Shown here piece after piece: positions 17,811-27,346 of a DNA stretch of 46,537 nucleotides; within the stretch, counting starts at the first letter, position 1, and each line of letters begins with the position of its first letter. The stretch spans positions 1 to 46,537 of IMG/VR virus record IMGVR_UViG_3300049925_000152; one strand, 5' to 3'. The translations under genes and the position numbers were made by a program. Source of the DNA: a virus (taxonomy: Duplodnaviria > Caudoviricetes). Below the pieces are notes generated by a model that made no database searches, was not told the origin of the DNA, and saw only the letters and a list, made by a program, of their open reading frames with translations.

Positions 17811-18760
17811 TGCCACAGAATCTTGACCTTCAGCCCATCACTCTCCCCATGGCAATCCGCTTCGGTGAGGAGCCTACCACCGAGTTCGTCAACAGTCTTG
17901 ATGCTCTCAAGCTTGAGCTTGTTGATGCACCTGATCCCAAGTCTATCCGGCAGGCAGTCTACTGCTTTGTCAAGTCGACCTGGGCTGACCAGCACGTTCC
18001 TTATCGTGATGCGACCGAGGCAGAGCTCTCTAAGACACTTGAAGACGTCTTCGCAGGCCGGGCGCTTCCAGCAGCAATGGAGCTGATCGGCCTCACCTTC
18101 CTTGTGGGCGGCATCGACACGCAGACTGTGACCCATCTCATCCGACACCGCGCAGGCTCTTTCGCAGCACAGTGCACCGGTGATCGTTGGCTCTCTCACG
18201 AGCGCAGCCTTGTTCCCGGTTCTATTCAGAACAGCCCGGAGTTCTACGCACGCTGGCAGGCGCACGTCCAGGAGGCGAAGCAGCTTTACACAGATATGGT
18301 CGACTCCAAGCAGATCAGCCTGATGGATGCTCGTCACGTCCTTCCCAAGTGCCTTGAGACCTTCTACTACATGCGCATGAACATTCGTGATGCATTCGGT
18401 TTCATCAAGCAGCGTCAGGACAAGCAGATCCAGCCCGAGGAGGATAACATGCTTGCTGCTCTCATGGCACGTGAGATCCTTCGTGTCTTCCCAGAGGCGC
18501 ACGTCGCGATCAATCTGCGTGAGCCTGCTTGGCACTACATCAAGACGTTCCGCAATGGTACTGGCACCAACCTCTACTGGCCTGACGAGGATAGCGAGAA
18601 GCATCTCACCTATCATCCCAACGACACGATCTACCAGGCGACTCGTGACGACATGAATGGAACTGCTGGCGGGGTCCCGCACTTCCGGAAGCTCTGGAAC
18701 GAGACTCTTGCTGAGATTGACACGATTGTGTCAAACTACAAGAACAGTCGCAGCATTTAA
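17810..18760 (+). CDS. divergent ThyX-like flavoprotein (second paralog)
   Basis: THLIRHRAGSFAAQCTGDR and DARHVLP resemble the ThyX RHRxxS and AR.xLP motifs; extended C-terminus. Confidence 0.65.
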   Translation: MPQNLDLQPITLPMAIRFGEEPTTEFVNSLDALKLELVDAPDPKSIRQAVYCFVKSTWADQHVPYRDATEAELSKTLEDVFAGRALPAAMELIGLTFLVGGIDTQTVTHLIRHRAGSFAAQCTGDRWLSHERSLVPGSIQNSPEFYARWQAHVQEAKQLYTDMVDSKQISLMDARHVLPKCLETFYYMRMNIRDAFGFIKQRQDKQIQPEEDNMLAALMAREILRVFPEAHVAINLREPAWHYIKTFRNGTGTNLYWPDEDSEKHLTYHPNDTIYQATRDDMNGTAGGVPHFRKLWNETLAEIDTIVSNYKNSRSI

Positions 18761-18805
18761 TACTTAAGCAGGCGCTTTATACTAAAGAGAAGGGCCTGCT
18801 TATAG

Positions 18806-19453
18806 ATGTCAGCTGTTAGAGTTGTAGATGAACACCTCCTGTCACCGGTACTTGTGTACTCGGGGTCAGGAGGTGTTTTTCAAAATGAGCTTGTCCTCTC
18901 AACAAGCACAGGTCTAATCAAGACCGTCGATAGTGGAAATCTAAATCTTGCAGTTGACATTGATGCTCTTACTGCACAGTTTTCCAAGAAGTTTGTCAAT
19001 GAGATCGTCTTCAATGAGCGTATCCCAACCTCAGACGCTTCTATGGGATTGCACTTCACGCTTGCATCGACTCCAACGGTCTCAAGCGAAGTCCAACTTT
19101 GGTTGAACGGACAACTCCTCACATACGGTGAGGACTATACAGTCACAGATCGTCTCATCGAGATGCTGACGCAGCCGATCACACCCGGCGACGTTCTGAT
19201 CTCATCTTACTCGCGCCCCATCGTGATGAAGCAGTACGCGTTTGGAGAGCGAATCACAGTTGTAGACGGCACGGCAGCCTTGAAGAAGCTGCCAACCAGC
19301 GAGAACGATGTGATGATCTTCCTGAATGGACAACTACTACTCAGAGGCATGCTGCCAGGCGACAATGACTACAGCATTGCAGGTGGAATATTGACTTTCA
19401 ACGCGACGATTGATTCATCTGACGTCGTGCTTGCAACTTATTCATATGCTTGA
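18806..19453 (+). CDS. probable virion protein with two LNGQLL..G.DY repeats
   Basis: LWLNGQLLTYGEDYTV and IFLNGQLLLRG..DNDYSI beta-repeat units typical of tail/baseplate appendage proteins. Confidence 0.55.
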   Translation: MSAVRVVDEHLLSPVLVYSGSGGVFQNELVLSTSTGLIKTVDSGNLNLAVDIDALTAQFSKKFVNEIVFNERIPTSDASMGLHFTLASTPTVSSEVQLWLNGQLLTYGEDYTVTDRLIEMLTQPITPGDVLISSYSRPIVMKQYAFGERITVVDGTAALKKLPTSENDVMIFLNGQLLLRGMLPGDNDYSIAGGILTFNATIDSSDVVLATYSYA

Positions 19454-19505
19454 TTTCTTTTTTGTAGATGTTTTCGACGTGAATACTTAGTAACAAGTAA
19501 ACAAC

Positions 19506-19739
19506 GTGGACAACATGACAACATACGAGACATCAGATCTCTCTCTTGCGGCTTTTCTGAAGCTGCGTGGCATGAAGCTTGTGAATGCGACAAAGGCAGG
19601 CTCAGGAAGATTCCAGTTTACATTCGAGGATGATGGGAGAGCCGCATCTCTTGTCATTGACTTCACAAACAGTGAGTTCTCTGCATACGACGCAAACCTG
19701 CGTGCGCTGAAGAAAGCCGTCAACTCTCGTGCAAAATAA
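19506..19739 (+). CDS. small DUF5659-like protein
   Basis: YETSDLSLAAFLKLRG...FQFTFED pattern. Confidence 0.55.
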   Translation: MDNMTTYETSDLSLAAFLKLRGMKLVNATKAGSGRFQFTFEDDGRAASLVIDFTNSEFSAYDANLRALKKAVNSRAK

Positions 19740-19891
19740 ATAAAAAATTGCTTGAATAAAGAAGCTGCTTCAAGCATATATAGACACGTCGTCGCGGCGC
19801 AAGCTGCACTTCGTTAGGGATGATGTTAGGGGACGTGCACGGTGACACGGTGTCCTCAAGCGCGTCAAGATTTTCTCTAATGGAGTAAAAA

Positions 19892-21814
19892 ATGTCAATC
19901 ACAGTATCAAACACCAAGCTCTCACAGGGCCAGATCAAGGGCACAGGCAAGTCCGACCTTAGCATCGAGCTCGCAGCAGTTGAAGGTGCAATCGCTGGCG
20001 CCCTCGGCAAGTCCTCATACGAGGGCGGCGCCGACATCACACTGGCAGACGTCGGTGGAATGATCGACGGTGACGCATCAGCAGGCATGTCCCTCCTCGT
20101 GAACGTCAAAGCAGGCGGCCACGACATCACGGGCGCCCACGAGATGGCAGCATCTGTCGGCAACTTCGCAACGACACACGCAGGCGCACTCGACGCAGCA
20201 TCAGCAGTCATCGCAGGCAATGAGTCTGTCGGTGGCGCCCTGTCAGTGACAGGCAATGCAACAGTCGGTGGCGCTCTCGCAGTCGCAGGTACCGCAGCAT
20301 TCGCAGACAGCGTCACAGTTGCAACTGGCAAGGACCTCACTGTCGGTGGTAACCTCTACGTCCAGGGCTCAACCACACAGATGGACTCAACTGTTGTCAC
20401 AATCAAGGACAACAACTTCGTCATCGCAAAGGACAAGCCCTCTCTCGCAGGCGGTGAAGGCTTCTCACTCCAGAGCGACGCCGGTGCACACTACATGCAC
20501 TGGGACGCATCAGGCAAGTGGGCACTCTCAGACGGCGCCCTGACCACCGACATCAAGCTCGGCGGTTCACTCCTCGTGGACGCAGTGGGTCTCCACGGCG
20601 ACGCAACAAACGGCGTCCAGATCGTGTCAGCTGGCAAGGTGAAGGTCCAGGACAGCTTCATGGCTGCTCCTCTCGACTTCAGCAAGTCCGGTGAGTACAA
20701 TGCAATCTTCGCAGCAGGAACCGGCTGGGCCGATCCTGCCGTCGTGGGCGCAAAGGGCCTCCTCGGCCTCTTCACATTCGTGAAGAATGCAGCACACAAC
20801 GAGCTCGCAGCAGTCAGCGGTTCAGTCGATGCCACAATCAAGGCAGAGGCAGCCGCTCGCGTCGCTGCAGACGGCGTTCTCCAGACCAACATCGACAACG
20901 AGGCATCCGCCCGCGCAGCTGCAGACTCAGCACTCCAGACCGCAATCAACAATGAGGTCACACGTGCAACTGGTGCAGAGGCAGCTCTCAGCGGCTCACT
21001 CGCAGCTGAGGTCTCCCGTGCAATGGCAGCAGAGGCAGCTCTCAGCGGCTCCCTCGCCGCCGAGGTCTCACGCGCTCAGGCAGCAGAGTCCAAGCTCACA
21101 AGCGACCTCGCAGCTGAGGTGTCACGTGCACAGGCTGCAGAGGCAACTCTCCAGTCCAACATCGACACAGAAGTTGCAGCACGCATCGCAGCAGTCTCAG
21201 CAGAGCACACAGCAATGGTCGCAGCAGTCGCTGCAGAAGCTTCAGCTCGTGCAACTGCAGTCTCCGACGAGGCCGCAGCACGCGCAGCTGCAGACAGCAA
21301 GCTGACAAGCGACCTCGCAGCCGAGGTCACACGTGCACAGGCAGCCGAGGGTGTTCTCACCAGCAACCTCGCAGCCGAGGTCACCCGTGCAACTGCTGCA
21401 GAGGGTGTTCTCACCACAAACCTCGCAGCTGAAGTGTCACGTGCACAGGCTGCAGAGGCAACTCTGCAGGCTAACATCGACGCCGAGGCATCAGCTCGTG
21501 CAGCTGCTGTTACAGCAGAGGCAGCAGCTCGCGCCGCAGCAGACACCACACTGCAGGGCAACATCGACGCAATGGCACTCGCCATCAAGACACAGGCAGC
21601 ACGTCTCTTCACAATCGTTCTTCCCGGCGACCTCGCCGCAAACAGCGATGTGGGAACATTCGCAAAGCCCGCAGGCAAGCTCCCCGAGAACTACGACCTC
21701 AGCCTCAACGGCCAGGTCATGATCGACGGTTCAGACTTCGCCTTCGTGTCAGGCAAGATCCAGTTCGCCTTCGACCTCAAGCAGGGCGACGTGATCCGCT
21801 TCCGCGAGTTCTAG
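19892..21814 (+). CDS. fibre / coiled-coil virion protein with Ala-rich repeats
   Basis: GGAG RBS; beta-rich N-half (GNLYVQG..TIKDN); 18-aa LAAEVSRAQAAE repeats; C-terminal LNGQ..DF unit; strong GCA codon bias. Confidence 0.7.
   Translation: MSITVSNTKLSQGQIKGTGKSDLSIELAAVEGAIAGALGKSSYEGGADITLADVGGMIDGDASAGMSLLVNVKAGGHDITGAHEMAASVGNFATTHAGALDAASAVIAGNESVGGALSVTGNATVGGALAVAGTAAFADSVTVATGKDLTVGGNLYVQGSTTQMDSTVVTIKDNNFVIAKDKPSLAGGEGFSLQSDAGAHYMHWDASGKWALSDGALTTDIKLGGSLLVDAVGLHGDATNGVQIVSAGKVKVQDSFMAAPLDFSKSGEYNAIFAAGTGWADPAVVGAKGLLGLFTFVKNAAHNELAAVSGSVDATIKAEAAARVAADGVLQTNIDNEASARAAADSALQTAINNEVTRATGAEAALSGSLAAEVSRAMAAEAALSGSLAAEVSRAQAAESKLTSDLAAEVSRAQAAEATLQSNIDTEVAARIAAVSAEHTAMVAAVAAEASARATAVSDEAAARAAADSKLTSDLAAEVTRAQAAEGVLTSNLAAEVTRATAAEGVLTTNLAAEVSRAQAAEATLQANIDAEASARAAAVTAEAAARAAADTTLQGNIDAMALAIKTQAARLFTIVLPGDLAANSDVGTFAKPAGKLPENYDLSLNGQVMIDGSDFAFVSGKIQFAFDLKQGDVIRFREF
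20950..21480 (+). repeat. imperfect 54-nt (18-aa) tandem coding repeats
   Basis: Recurrent CTCGCAGCNGAGGTNWCNCGTGCA units. Confidence 0.75.
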
Positions 21815-21860
21815 TCGCATGCGGTTTAGGCCGCATGATCTTTGACTAGAGATCAAACTT

Positions 21861-21893
21861 GGGCCGCACACTTCGGTGTGCGGCCCATTTTTT
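21861..21893 (+). terminator. Rho-independent terminator
   Basis: GGGCCGCACAC-TTCG-GTGTGCGGCCC then ATTTTTT. Confidence 0.9.
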
Positions 21894-21923
21894 GTGATAT
21901 TTATATGATGGAGATTACAAGAC

Positions 21924-22169
21924 ATGATCAACATCATCGAGGGAATCGTCGCCATCTACGTGCTTGGCGCAGGCGCATTTGTCAGCTATAACGTGCTCGA
22001 GCTAAGCTCACTGCAGCGTCAGAATGATGCTACAAGAGACAAGAATGTGAAGAATGCGATAGTCTCACAGGTCAAGCAGATCGTCGGTGACATTCGTGGA
22101 ACATGGAAATGGCCTGTCGTAGTCGTCAAAGCATCGATGAGCGCTATCAAGTGGGTTAAGACACTCTAA
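21924..22169 (+). CDS. small membrane protein
   Basis: GGAG RBS; N-terminal hydrophobic helix. Confidence 0.6.
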   Translation: MINIIEGIVAIYVLGAGAFVSYNVLELSSLQRQNDATRDKNVKNAIVSQVKQIVGDIRGTWKWPVVVVKASMSAIKWVKTL

Positions 22170-22177
22170 CCGGAGAC

Positions 22178-22933
22178 GTGAGAATGGATACATCACGCAA
22201 GCTGAGGAAGCTTACACACAAGCTGCGTTACTTGCGTGAGGAGCTCGCAGAAGTCGAAGAGATCAGAGAGCTCGGAAAGTGGGAGCTTAATAACGCTGTC
22301 TTTGAAGTGTTCGCTCGTATGGGAGCAAAAGTGTCGACGCCCAATCAGCCTGTAGAAGGAGACGGCGTCGACACACCTGATCCCGAATCTCCCACAGATA
22401 ATCAAGATGATAGTCCAACCCCATCCGATCCTGACGTGAAGAAGCTCACAAGGAAGATCGCGATGAAGACGCATCCGGACAGGATCAGCAACCTTCCAGA
22501 TGAAGAGAAGGAAGCGCTCGTTAGCTTGTACAGAGATGCTATGGACGCCGCACGTCAGGGTGACAAGGGACGTCTCATTGAAATCGCAATAGACCTAGAC
22601 ATAGAGGTCGATATTGAAGATGATGAGTGCACAACGTCGCTTGAGACACTTACCACTAAGATTGAGTCTAACATCACAGAGACGAAGAAGCGTCACGAAG
22701 TAGCGTGGGTCCACGCAAAGAATGATCTTGCAGTTCGCAAGACAATGCTCGCTGCAGTCGTCAGGAGCATGGGTCTCAGCCCAGATGACAGTCTATTGAA
22801 CGATGTAATCCAGTGGGTGATCGCAGGATGCCCGGGTGGGACAAAGTACGTCAAGCAAGATAGACAGGCAGTCAATCCAAAGATCTGGGACCGCAGACGA
22901 CCTGGAACTCGTCCTGAACGTATTAGAAGGTGA
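22178..22933 (+). CDS. J-domain-like (HPD motif) protein
   Basis: VKKLTRKIAMKTHPDR helix-HPD signature. Confidence 0.6.
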   Translation: MRMDTSRKLRKLTHKLRYLREELAEVEEIRELGKWELNNAVFEVFARMGAKVSTPNQPVEGDGVDTPDPESPTDNQDDSPTPSDPDVKKLTRKIAMKTHPDRISNLPDEEKEALVSLYRDAMDAARQGDKGRLIEIAIDLDIEVDIEDDECTTSLETLTTKIESNITETKKRHEVAWVHAKNDLAVRKTMLAAVVRSMGLSPDDSLLNDVIQWVIAGCPGGTKYVKQDRQAVNPKIWDRRRPGTRPERIRR

Positions 22934-22967
22934 TTTAAGAATCAAATGAGCACGTTAGAGTTCTCTT

Positions 22968-23477
22968 ATGAATAAATCTACACTTGCATCTGCTCAACCC
23001 GTGATAGACTCAATCGTGAACACACAGAATGAGACTAAAAAATCTCTCGAGCACCTCGTCGAGCGCGAGACAATCGCACACGACGCTGTTAATGTTCTCC
23101 AGAAGAAGATCGTAGCGCTGATACGTGCCTATAGGAAAGCATGCATTGGAAAGTCAATAGAGGACCGAGAGGCAACTGCGTCGCTGACTTTTGACAAGAT
23201 TGAAGAGACACTGACACAAGATGTCAGTTCACTTAGAGACAAGGTGTGGTACGATCGGGGTAAGATCGATGCATTCAGTGACACCACAGCAACAATTCAG
23301 TCGCTCTGGACACAAGCAGTGGCAGATGAAATCCGTGTTGAAGAAGTTGCAGCTCTCATCCTGAGCGGTGAAGAACCCAACAATGGAAAAGAGAGAAAGC
23401 CGGGAACCCGACCAGAGAAAACTGCAGTTGTGAGAAAAGCCCAGAAGATTGTTGCTGAAAGCCCACAAGAGGAGTAG
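22968..23477 (+). CDS. hypothetical coiled-coil protein
   Basis: 169-aa ORF; TTTAAG-N16-TAGAGT promoter ending 7 nt before the ATG. Confidence 0.7.
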   Translation: MNKSTLASAQPVIDSIVNTQNETKKSLEHLVERETIAHDAVNVLQKKIVALIRAYRKACIGKSIEDREATASLTFDKIEETLTQDVSSLRDKVWYDRGKIDAFSDTTATIQSLWTQAVADEIRVEEVAALILSGEEPNNGKERKPGTRPEKTAVVRKAQKIVAESPQEE

Positions 23478-23484
23478 ACAATAG

Positions 23485-24096
23485 ATGCCGTCGTCCCTGA
23501 TCAAGACAGTCAACTTTGGAAAGACAAAGTCAGGACTTGCTGCATCTGTTGGATACCGTCTGATCGACAACACGGGTGCTGTCGCGCAGGATCGGACACA
23601 GACAGACGTCTATGAGACGTTTCCTGGAACAGGAATCTATGCATCAACTATTACTTTCACATCTGGATTCAAGGGAACGATCCTGTGGGACACGGGTGAA
23701 TCAAATCCCGCATATGCAGCTGAAGATTTCAACGACACGGTCAATGGGTCAGCAGTCAGTCAACAGGTCGCAGATGTGACAGGTCGTGTGGGGGCAGTCG
23801 CAGGTCAGGTTGAGTCTGTGGCTGGGCAAGTGATCGACCTCGCAGACCAGATCAGATTCATCCGTGGGATGACAACAGGCCGGTGGACGCTCAACAAGAA
23901 AGACTCCACGATGACCTATTATGATGAGAGCGGTCAAAATAAGCTTGTCACATATGAGCTTCTCGATGAGAACGGCAAGCCCTCGATCGAATCAGTCTAC
24001 GATAGACGCATCATCGAAGCCGTTCCAATGATCATGGACATCGCGATTGAGCAGCAGGTGTTGATGTCGCTTAATGTGACAGGCAGCATCATCTAA
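23485..24096 (+). CDS. hypothetical (possible virion) protein
   Basis: GAGGAG RBS; coupled operon. Confidence 0.7.
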   Translation: MPSSLIKTVNFGKTKSGLAASVGYRLIDNTGAVAQDRTQTDVYETFPGTGIYASTITFTSGFKGTILWDTGESNPAYAAEDFNDTVNGSAVSQQVADVTGRVGAVAGQVESVAGQVIDLADQIRFIRGMTTGRWTLNKKDSTMTYYDESGQNKLVTYELLDENGKPSIESVYDRRIIEAVPMIMDIAIEQQVLMSLNVTGSII

Positions 24097-24458
24097 TGAA
24101 TGTCAAGTTTTCACCGCTGCGTTTTTTGACGCGGGGATTTGGTGGACCTGCTGCCGTCATCCTGACGGGTGGGCTTCTCACATTTCCAATCATAGTCGAC
24201 GTCCTTCGTCGGGAGATCGGTAATAGATCACGCGACGACGAGATCGTCTTTGATGATGACGTCAACGTCTATAAAATAACTGCTGTGTTGAGAGAGATTA
24301 ACTCGACACCGCTCAACAACGTCATCTACAACAAGATGACGAAGCTGATAGTTGAGAAGCGGATAGACATCAATGCAGCACTTCAGGCGACAACAGCGCA
24401 AAATACATCGCCGTACAAGATAGTTATTGGTGACTACAAAGTTGTGAGACAGACATGA
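24096..24458 (+). CDS. hypothetical protein
   Basis: TAATG overlap with upstream gene. Confidence 0.65.
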   Translation: MNVKFSPLRFLTRGFGGPAAVILTGGLLTFPIIVDVLRREIGNRSRDDEIVFDDDVNVYKITAVLREINSTPLNNVIYNKMTKLIVEKRIDINAALQATTAQNTSPYKIVIGDYKVVRQT

Positions 24459-25003
24459 GCGATATTTCACTATTCTTAGATCAAGATAATGAGCTGACTT
24501 TCAATGTGTCCATCGAGGGCACAAAGCCCGGTACACCTAAGTACCGTCTTGTCTTCGAGACAAAAGACGTCTCCTACGCATTCAACGGCACGCAGACAGC
24601 ACCAGGCGAGGTGACAGTTGTCATTCCCAACATGAAGAACATACTGCGTGAGGGGAACTACAGAGGTCAACTTGAGGTCACGATCGACGACAGGTTCTTT
24701 GCTCCACTCCAGTTTGATGCGAGCTTTGAGCAGTCTGTCAGAGTGGTCGCCGAGCACGCATCAAGAATCGCTCCTAAGAAGGTCGGCGTGACCGCGTCGA
24801 TCGTCTCTCAAAAGGCACCAGCAATTGTTCCCGCGCCTGTCGTCGAGGCACCACAGCGTCCCGTCCAGGCAGCTCCTGCACAGACACCTGTGATTGCAAC
24901 CAAGAAGACACAGAACGCTGAGACAATCGCCGAGGTCGATGGACGTCCTATCACAGCAGACGATCTTCGCACACTCATTAGAAATGGTATGCGCAGCCGT
25001 TGA
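24455..25003 (+). CDS. hypothetical protein (Ig-like beta N-domain, Pro/Ala linker)
   Basis: ATGA overlap; beta-rich N-terminus. Confidence 0.65.
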   Translation: MSDISLFLDQDNELTFNVSIEGTKPGTPKYRLVFETKDVSYAFNGTQTAPGEVTVVIPNMKNILREGNYRGQLEVTIDDRFFAPLQFDASFEQSVRVVAEHASRIAPKKVGVTASIVSQKAPAIVPAPVVEAPQRPVQAAPAQTPVIATKKTQNAETIAEVDGRPITADDLRTLIRNGMRSR

Positions 25004-25045
25004 AAAGTAGCCTCCCTGCGACTATAATCATAGTGGAGGCTTTAA

Positions 25046-25489
25046 ATGAACAACGTCTATATCGCAAGCGGTTGGTTTTCTCCTGAGTGGCTACAGGAGG
25101 TCGAGGACATCAAGCAGGTTCTAAGTGAGCTTGATCTTGCTTACTTCTCGCCCAAGGATTACGCTATCGCAGAAGCGACGGCGTCCACTGACACGCAGAA
25201 GCAGATCTTCGATGGTAATGTCGAACATCTTGACAAGTGTGACTGGATGATCTGCAACACACGAAACAAGGACATGGGTAGCATCTGGGAGGCAGGTTAC
25301 TTCTACGCACGCAACAAGCCCATCGTCTACTTCTGCGCAGGTCTTCCACCCGGTGCTAAGTTCAACCTCATGCTCTCAGCAAGCGGAGTTGCGGTCTGCA
25401 CATCTCTTGAAGATCTGCGAGAGTACCTCGCGCACAGCAAGCGCGAGGGTCGTCTTGTGACTCGCAACTACAGCGGTCTCATCGAGTGA
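25046..25489 (+). CDS. nucleoside 2-deoxyribosyltransferase / nucleotide N-glycosidase family
   Basis: VYIASGWF, FSP, DMGSIWEAGYFYARNKPI, FNLML; GGAGG RBS; TTGAAA-N17-TATAAT upstream. Confidence 0.8.
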   Translation: MNNVYIASGWFSPEWLQEVEDIKQVLSELDLAYFSPKDYAIAEATASTDTQKQIFDGNVEHLDKCDWMICNTRNKDMGSIWEAGYFYARNKPIVYFCAGLPPGAKFNLMLSASGVAVCTSLEDLREYLAHSKREGRLVTRNYSGLIE

Positions 25490-25535
25490 TAGGAAATGTG
25501 TGCTCCTGGAGGATAGTTATCTGCTAGGAGCACAC

Positions 25536-26249
25536 ATGCGCATGAATAGAAATGCCCTGAGGAATCTGATTCTCAGAGAGATGCATGATCACATGGTTGA
25601 CATGCCAGAGATCGAGCCAGAGATCGTTGACGACAATGATGACGTCGAGATGCCTGACGAAGACGAAGACGAAGACGAAGATGAAGTAACAAGCGTCAAG
25701 CCTGACGGTGGCATAGACTACGAGGACTCAGGAGCATATGAAGAGGCTGGAATGATCAAGTCCAATCTCTACAACATGGCAAAGAAGTCTCTCGATCTAC
25801 ACGACAAGATCGGTGACAATGATGATCTACCTGAGTGGGTGCAGGAGAAGATTGCAGTTGCTTCATACATGATCGACTGTGTGCATGACTATCTCTGCTA
25901 TGAGATGATCAAGGACGATCTCCACGAGAAGAAAGACGGACGCTCAAAGGCACGCAAGTACAAGGGTAAGGAGTACCACGCAACTCCTGCGATGGTCAAG
26001 GCAGTCAAGAAGGGTGCATCCTACAATCAGCTCGCAAAGCTTGCTAAGTGGGCCGATGAGCCTGCTGCTGTTGTTCAGGCTGCTAAGATTGTTGCAAAGG
26101 GTAAGCCTATGACACGCGACGACGAGGGTGAGCTTGATGAGGGTGAAGGCTGGAAGCCACTCCACCAGTCAACAGGCATCATGTTCTTCGAGGAGGACGA
26201 GGGAGCTGACTATCCAATGCCCAAGTCAAAGGCCAAGAAGCGCGGTTGA
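25536..26249 (+). CDS. acidic hypothetical (possible head/internal) protein
   Basis: AGGAG RBS before ATG 25536; (GACGAA)n poly-DE tract; DDLPEWVQEKIA segment. Confidence 0.7.
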   Translation: MRMNRNALRNLILREMHDHMVDMPEIEPEIVDDNDDVEMPDEDEDEDEDEVTSVKPDGGIDYEDSGAYEEAGMIKSNLYNMAKKSLDLHDKIGDNDDLPEWVQEKIAVASYMIDCVHDYLCYEMIKDDLHEKKDGRSKARKYKGKEYHATPAMVKAVKKGASYNQLAKLAKWADEPAAVVQAAKIVAKGKPMTRDDEGELDEGEGWKPLHQSTGIMFFEEDEGADYPMPKSKAKKRG

Positions 26250-26276
26250 GGCAGTTAAATAGCCAGCGGTCGCTGG

Positions 26277-26304
26277 TGTAAACAAGAAACCTCGGTACTA
26301 TAAT
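26277..26304 (+). promoter_or_regulatory. promoter TGTAAA-N16-TATAAT, leaderless
   Basis: Consensus -10; ATG 26311 lies 7 nt downstream. Confidence 0.7.
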
Positions 26305-26310
26305 GAGAGT

Positions 26311-27291
26311 ATGAAGATTCTCATCACTGGTCACCGAGGTTTCATTGCATCCAACCTTCCACGAGCTTTTGCCGATCTCGACATCGATGTCGTCGATCCA
26401 GGACAGCTTCGTCTAACACATAAGCTGCTGACAGGAGAGCACTGCGTCTATCGAAACAGTGAGGACGATTGGGCACGTGAGCTTAAGCGTCTAAACGTGG
26501 ATGTTGTGGTGCACAATGCAGCAGCTGTAGGCACAGACGTCGTAGCACTCAACCCTAATGAGTCGACGCTGACGAATGTGACAGGCGCGTACACAATCAG
26601 TCGCGCTGCTGAGAAGGTGGGAGCTGCTGTCCTCTTCCTCGGCACAACAGTGATCTATGATACCGATAGGTACCAGACATCTTGGATCGCAGAGCGTTCT
26701 GTCAACGGACCGAGGACACTTTACGGTTCTCTTAAGCTCGCAGGTGAGCACGTCGTCAGGTCACACTGCAGCAAGTGGTCGATCGTCCGTCCGCTCTTCT
26801 GTTACGGTGGCGTGGGTGACAACAACTCTCTGATTGCCAAGGGATTCTTCGGTGCTGCAAGCGGCAAGCAGCAGATCGACATGTTCCTCGATCCAAGCAA
26901 GATCAAAGACTACATGCATGTCGAGGACTTCTGTGACGCAGTTGCGACTGTGGTCGACAAGGAGCTCTGGAATGATGACTGGAATGTCGCCGCCGAGACG
27001 CCTGAGAACACAGGTAAGATCGTCGAGATGATGAGCAAGATCTCGTGCAAGGATCTAAAGGGTGTGGTAAAGTGGCACCCAGGAACCGACTACTTGGGTA
27101 ACCATCGTCTAAGCTCACAGAAGTTCAGGGATGCATCTGGTTGGTCACCGCGGTATGACCTATATGGTGGCTTGGAAAAGTCCTGGAATGACATCCAGCG
27201 CAATCTGGGTTCAACAGATTATAATCCCCTGCGTTACCTGGAAGATGCCAAGAAGCGTGGCGTCGATCTCACACAGTTCTTCAACCGGTGA
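26311..27291 (+). CDS. NAD-dependent epimerase/dehydratase (extended SDR)
   Basis: ILITGHRGFIAS, VHNAA, YGSLK (YxxxK), DYMHVEDF. Confidence 0.85.
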   Translation: MKILITGHRGFIASNLPRAFADLDIDVVDPGQLRLTHKLLTGEHCVYRNSEDDWARELKRLNVDVVVHNAAAVGTDVVALNPNESTLTNVTGAYTISRAAEKVGAAVLFLGTTVIYDTDRYQTSWIAERSVNGPRTLYGSLKLAGEHVVRSHCSKWSIVRPLFCYGGVGDNNSLIAKGFFGAASGKQQIDMFLDPSKIKDYMHVEDFCDAVATVVDKELWNDDWNVAAETPENTGKIVEMMSKISCKDLKGVVKWHPGTDYLGNHRLSSQKFRDASGWSPRYDLYGGLEKSWNDIQRNLGSTDYNPLRYLEDAKKRGVDLTQFFNR

Positions 27292-27346
27292 AATAAAAAT
27301 AAACCTAGTGTGGGCGTGAAAGCCTATATAAGAATATGAGGAAAAC

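Noticed and set aside
17789-18682. Long minus-strand ORFs (also 8891-9661, 14335-15009, 29101-29823, 32094-32657)
   Set aside because: Antisense shadows of well-supported + strand genes with biased codons; no motifs or RBS
19783-19860. tRNA gene
   Set aside because: No T-loop GTTCRA or cloverleaf; kept only as a structured leader candidate. No tRNA was recognised anywhere in the window
20950-21480. CRISPR-like array
   Set aside because: Repeats are degenerate at third codon positions, in frame, and have no unique spacers; this is a coding repeat
25656-25686. (GACGAA)n microsatellite as a phase-variation locus
   Set aside because: The hexamer unit keeps the frame and only encodes a poly-DE tract
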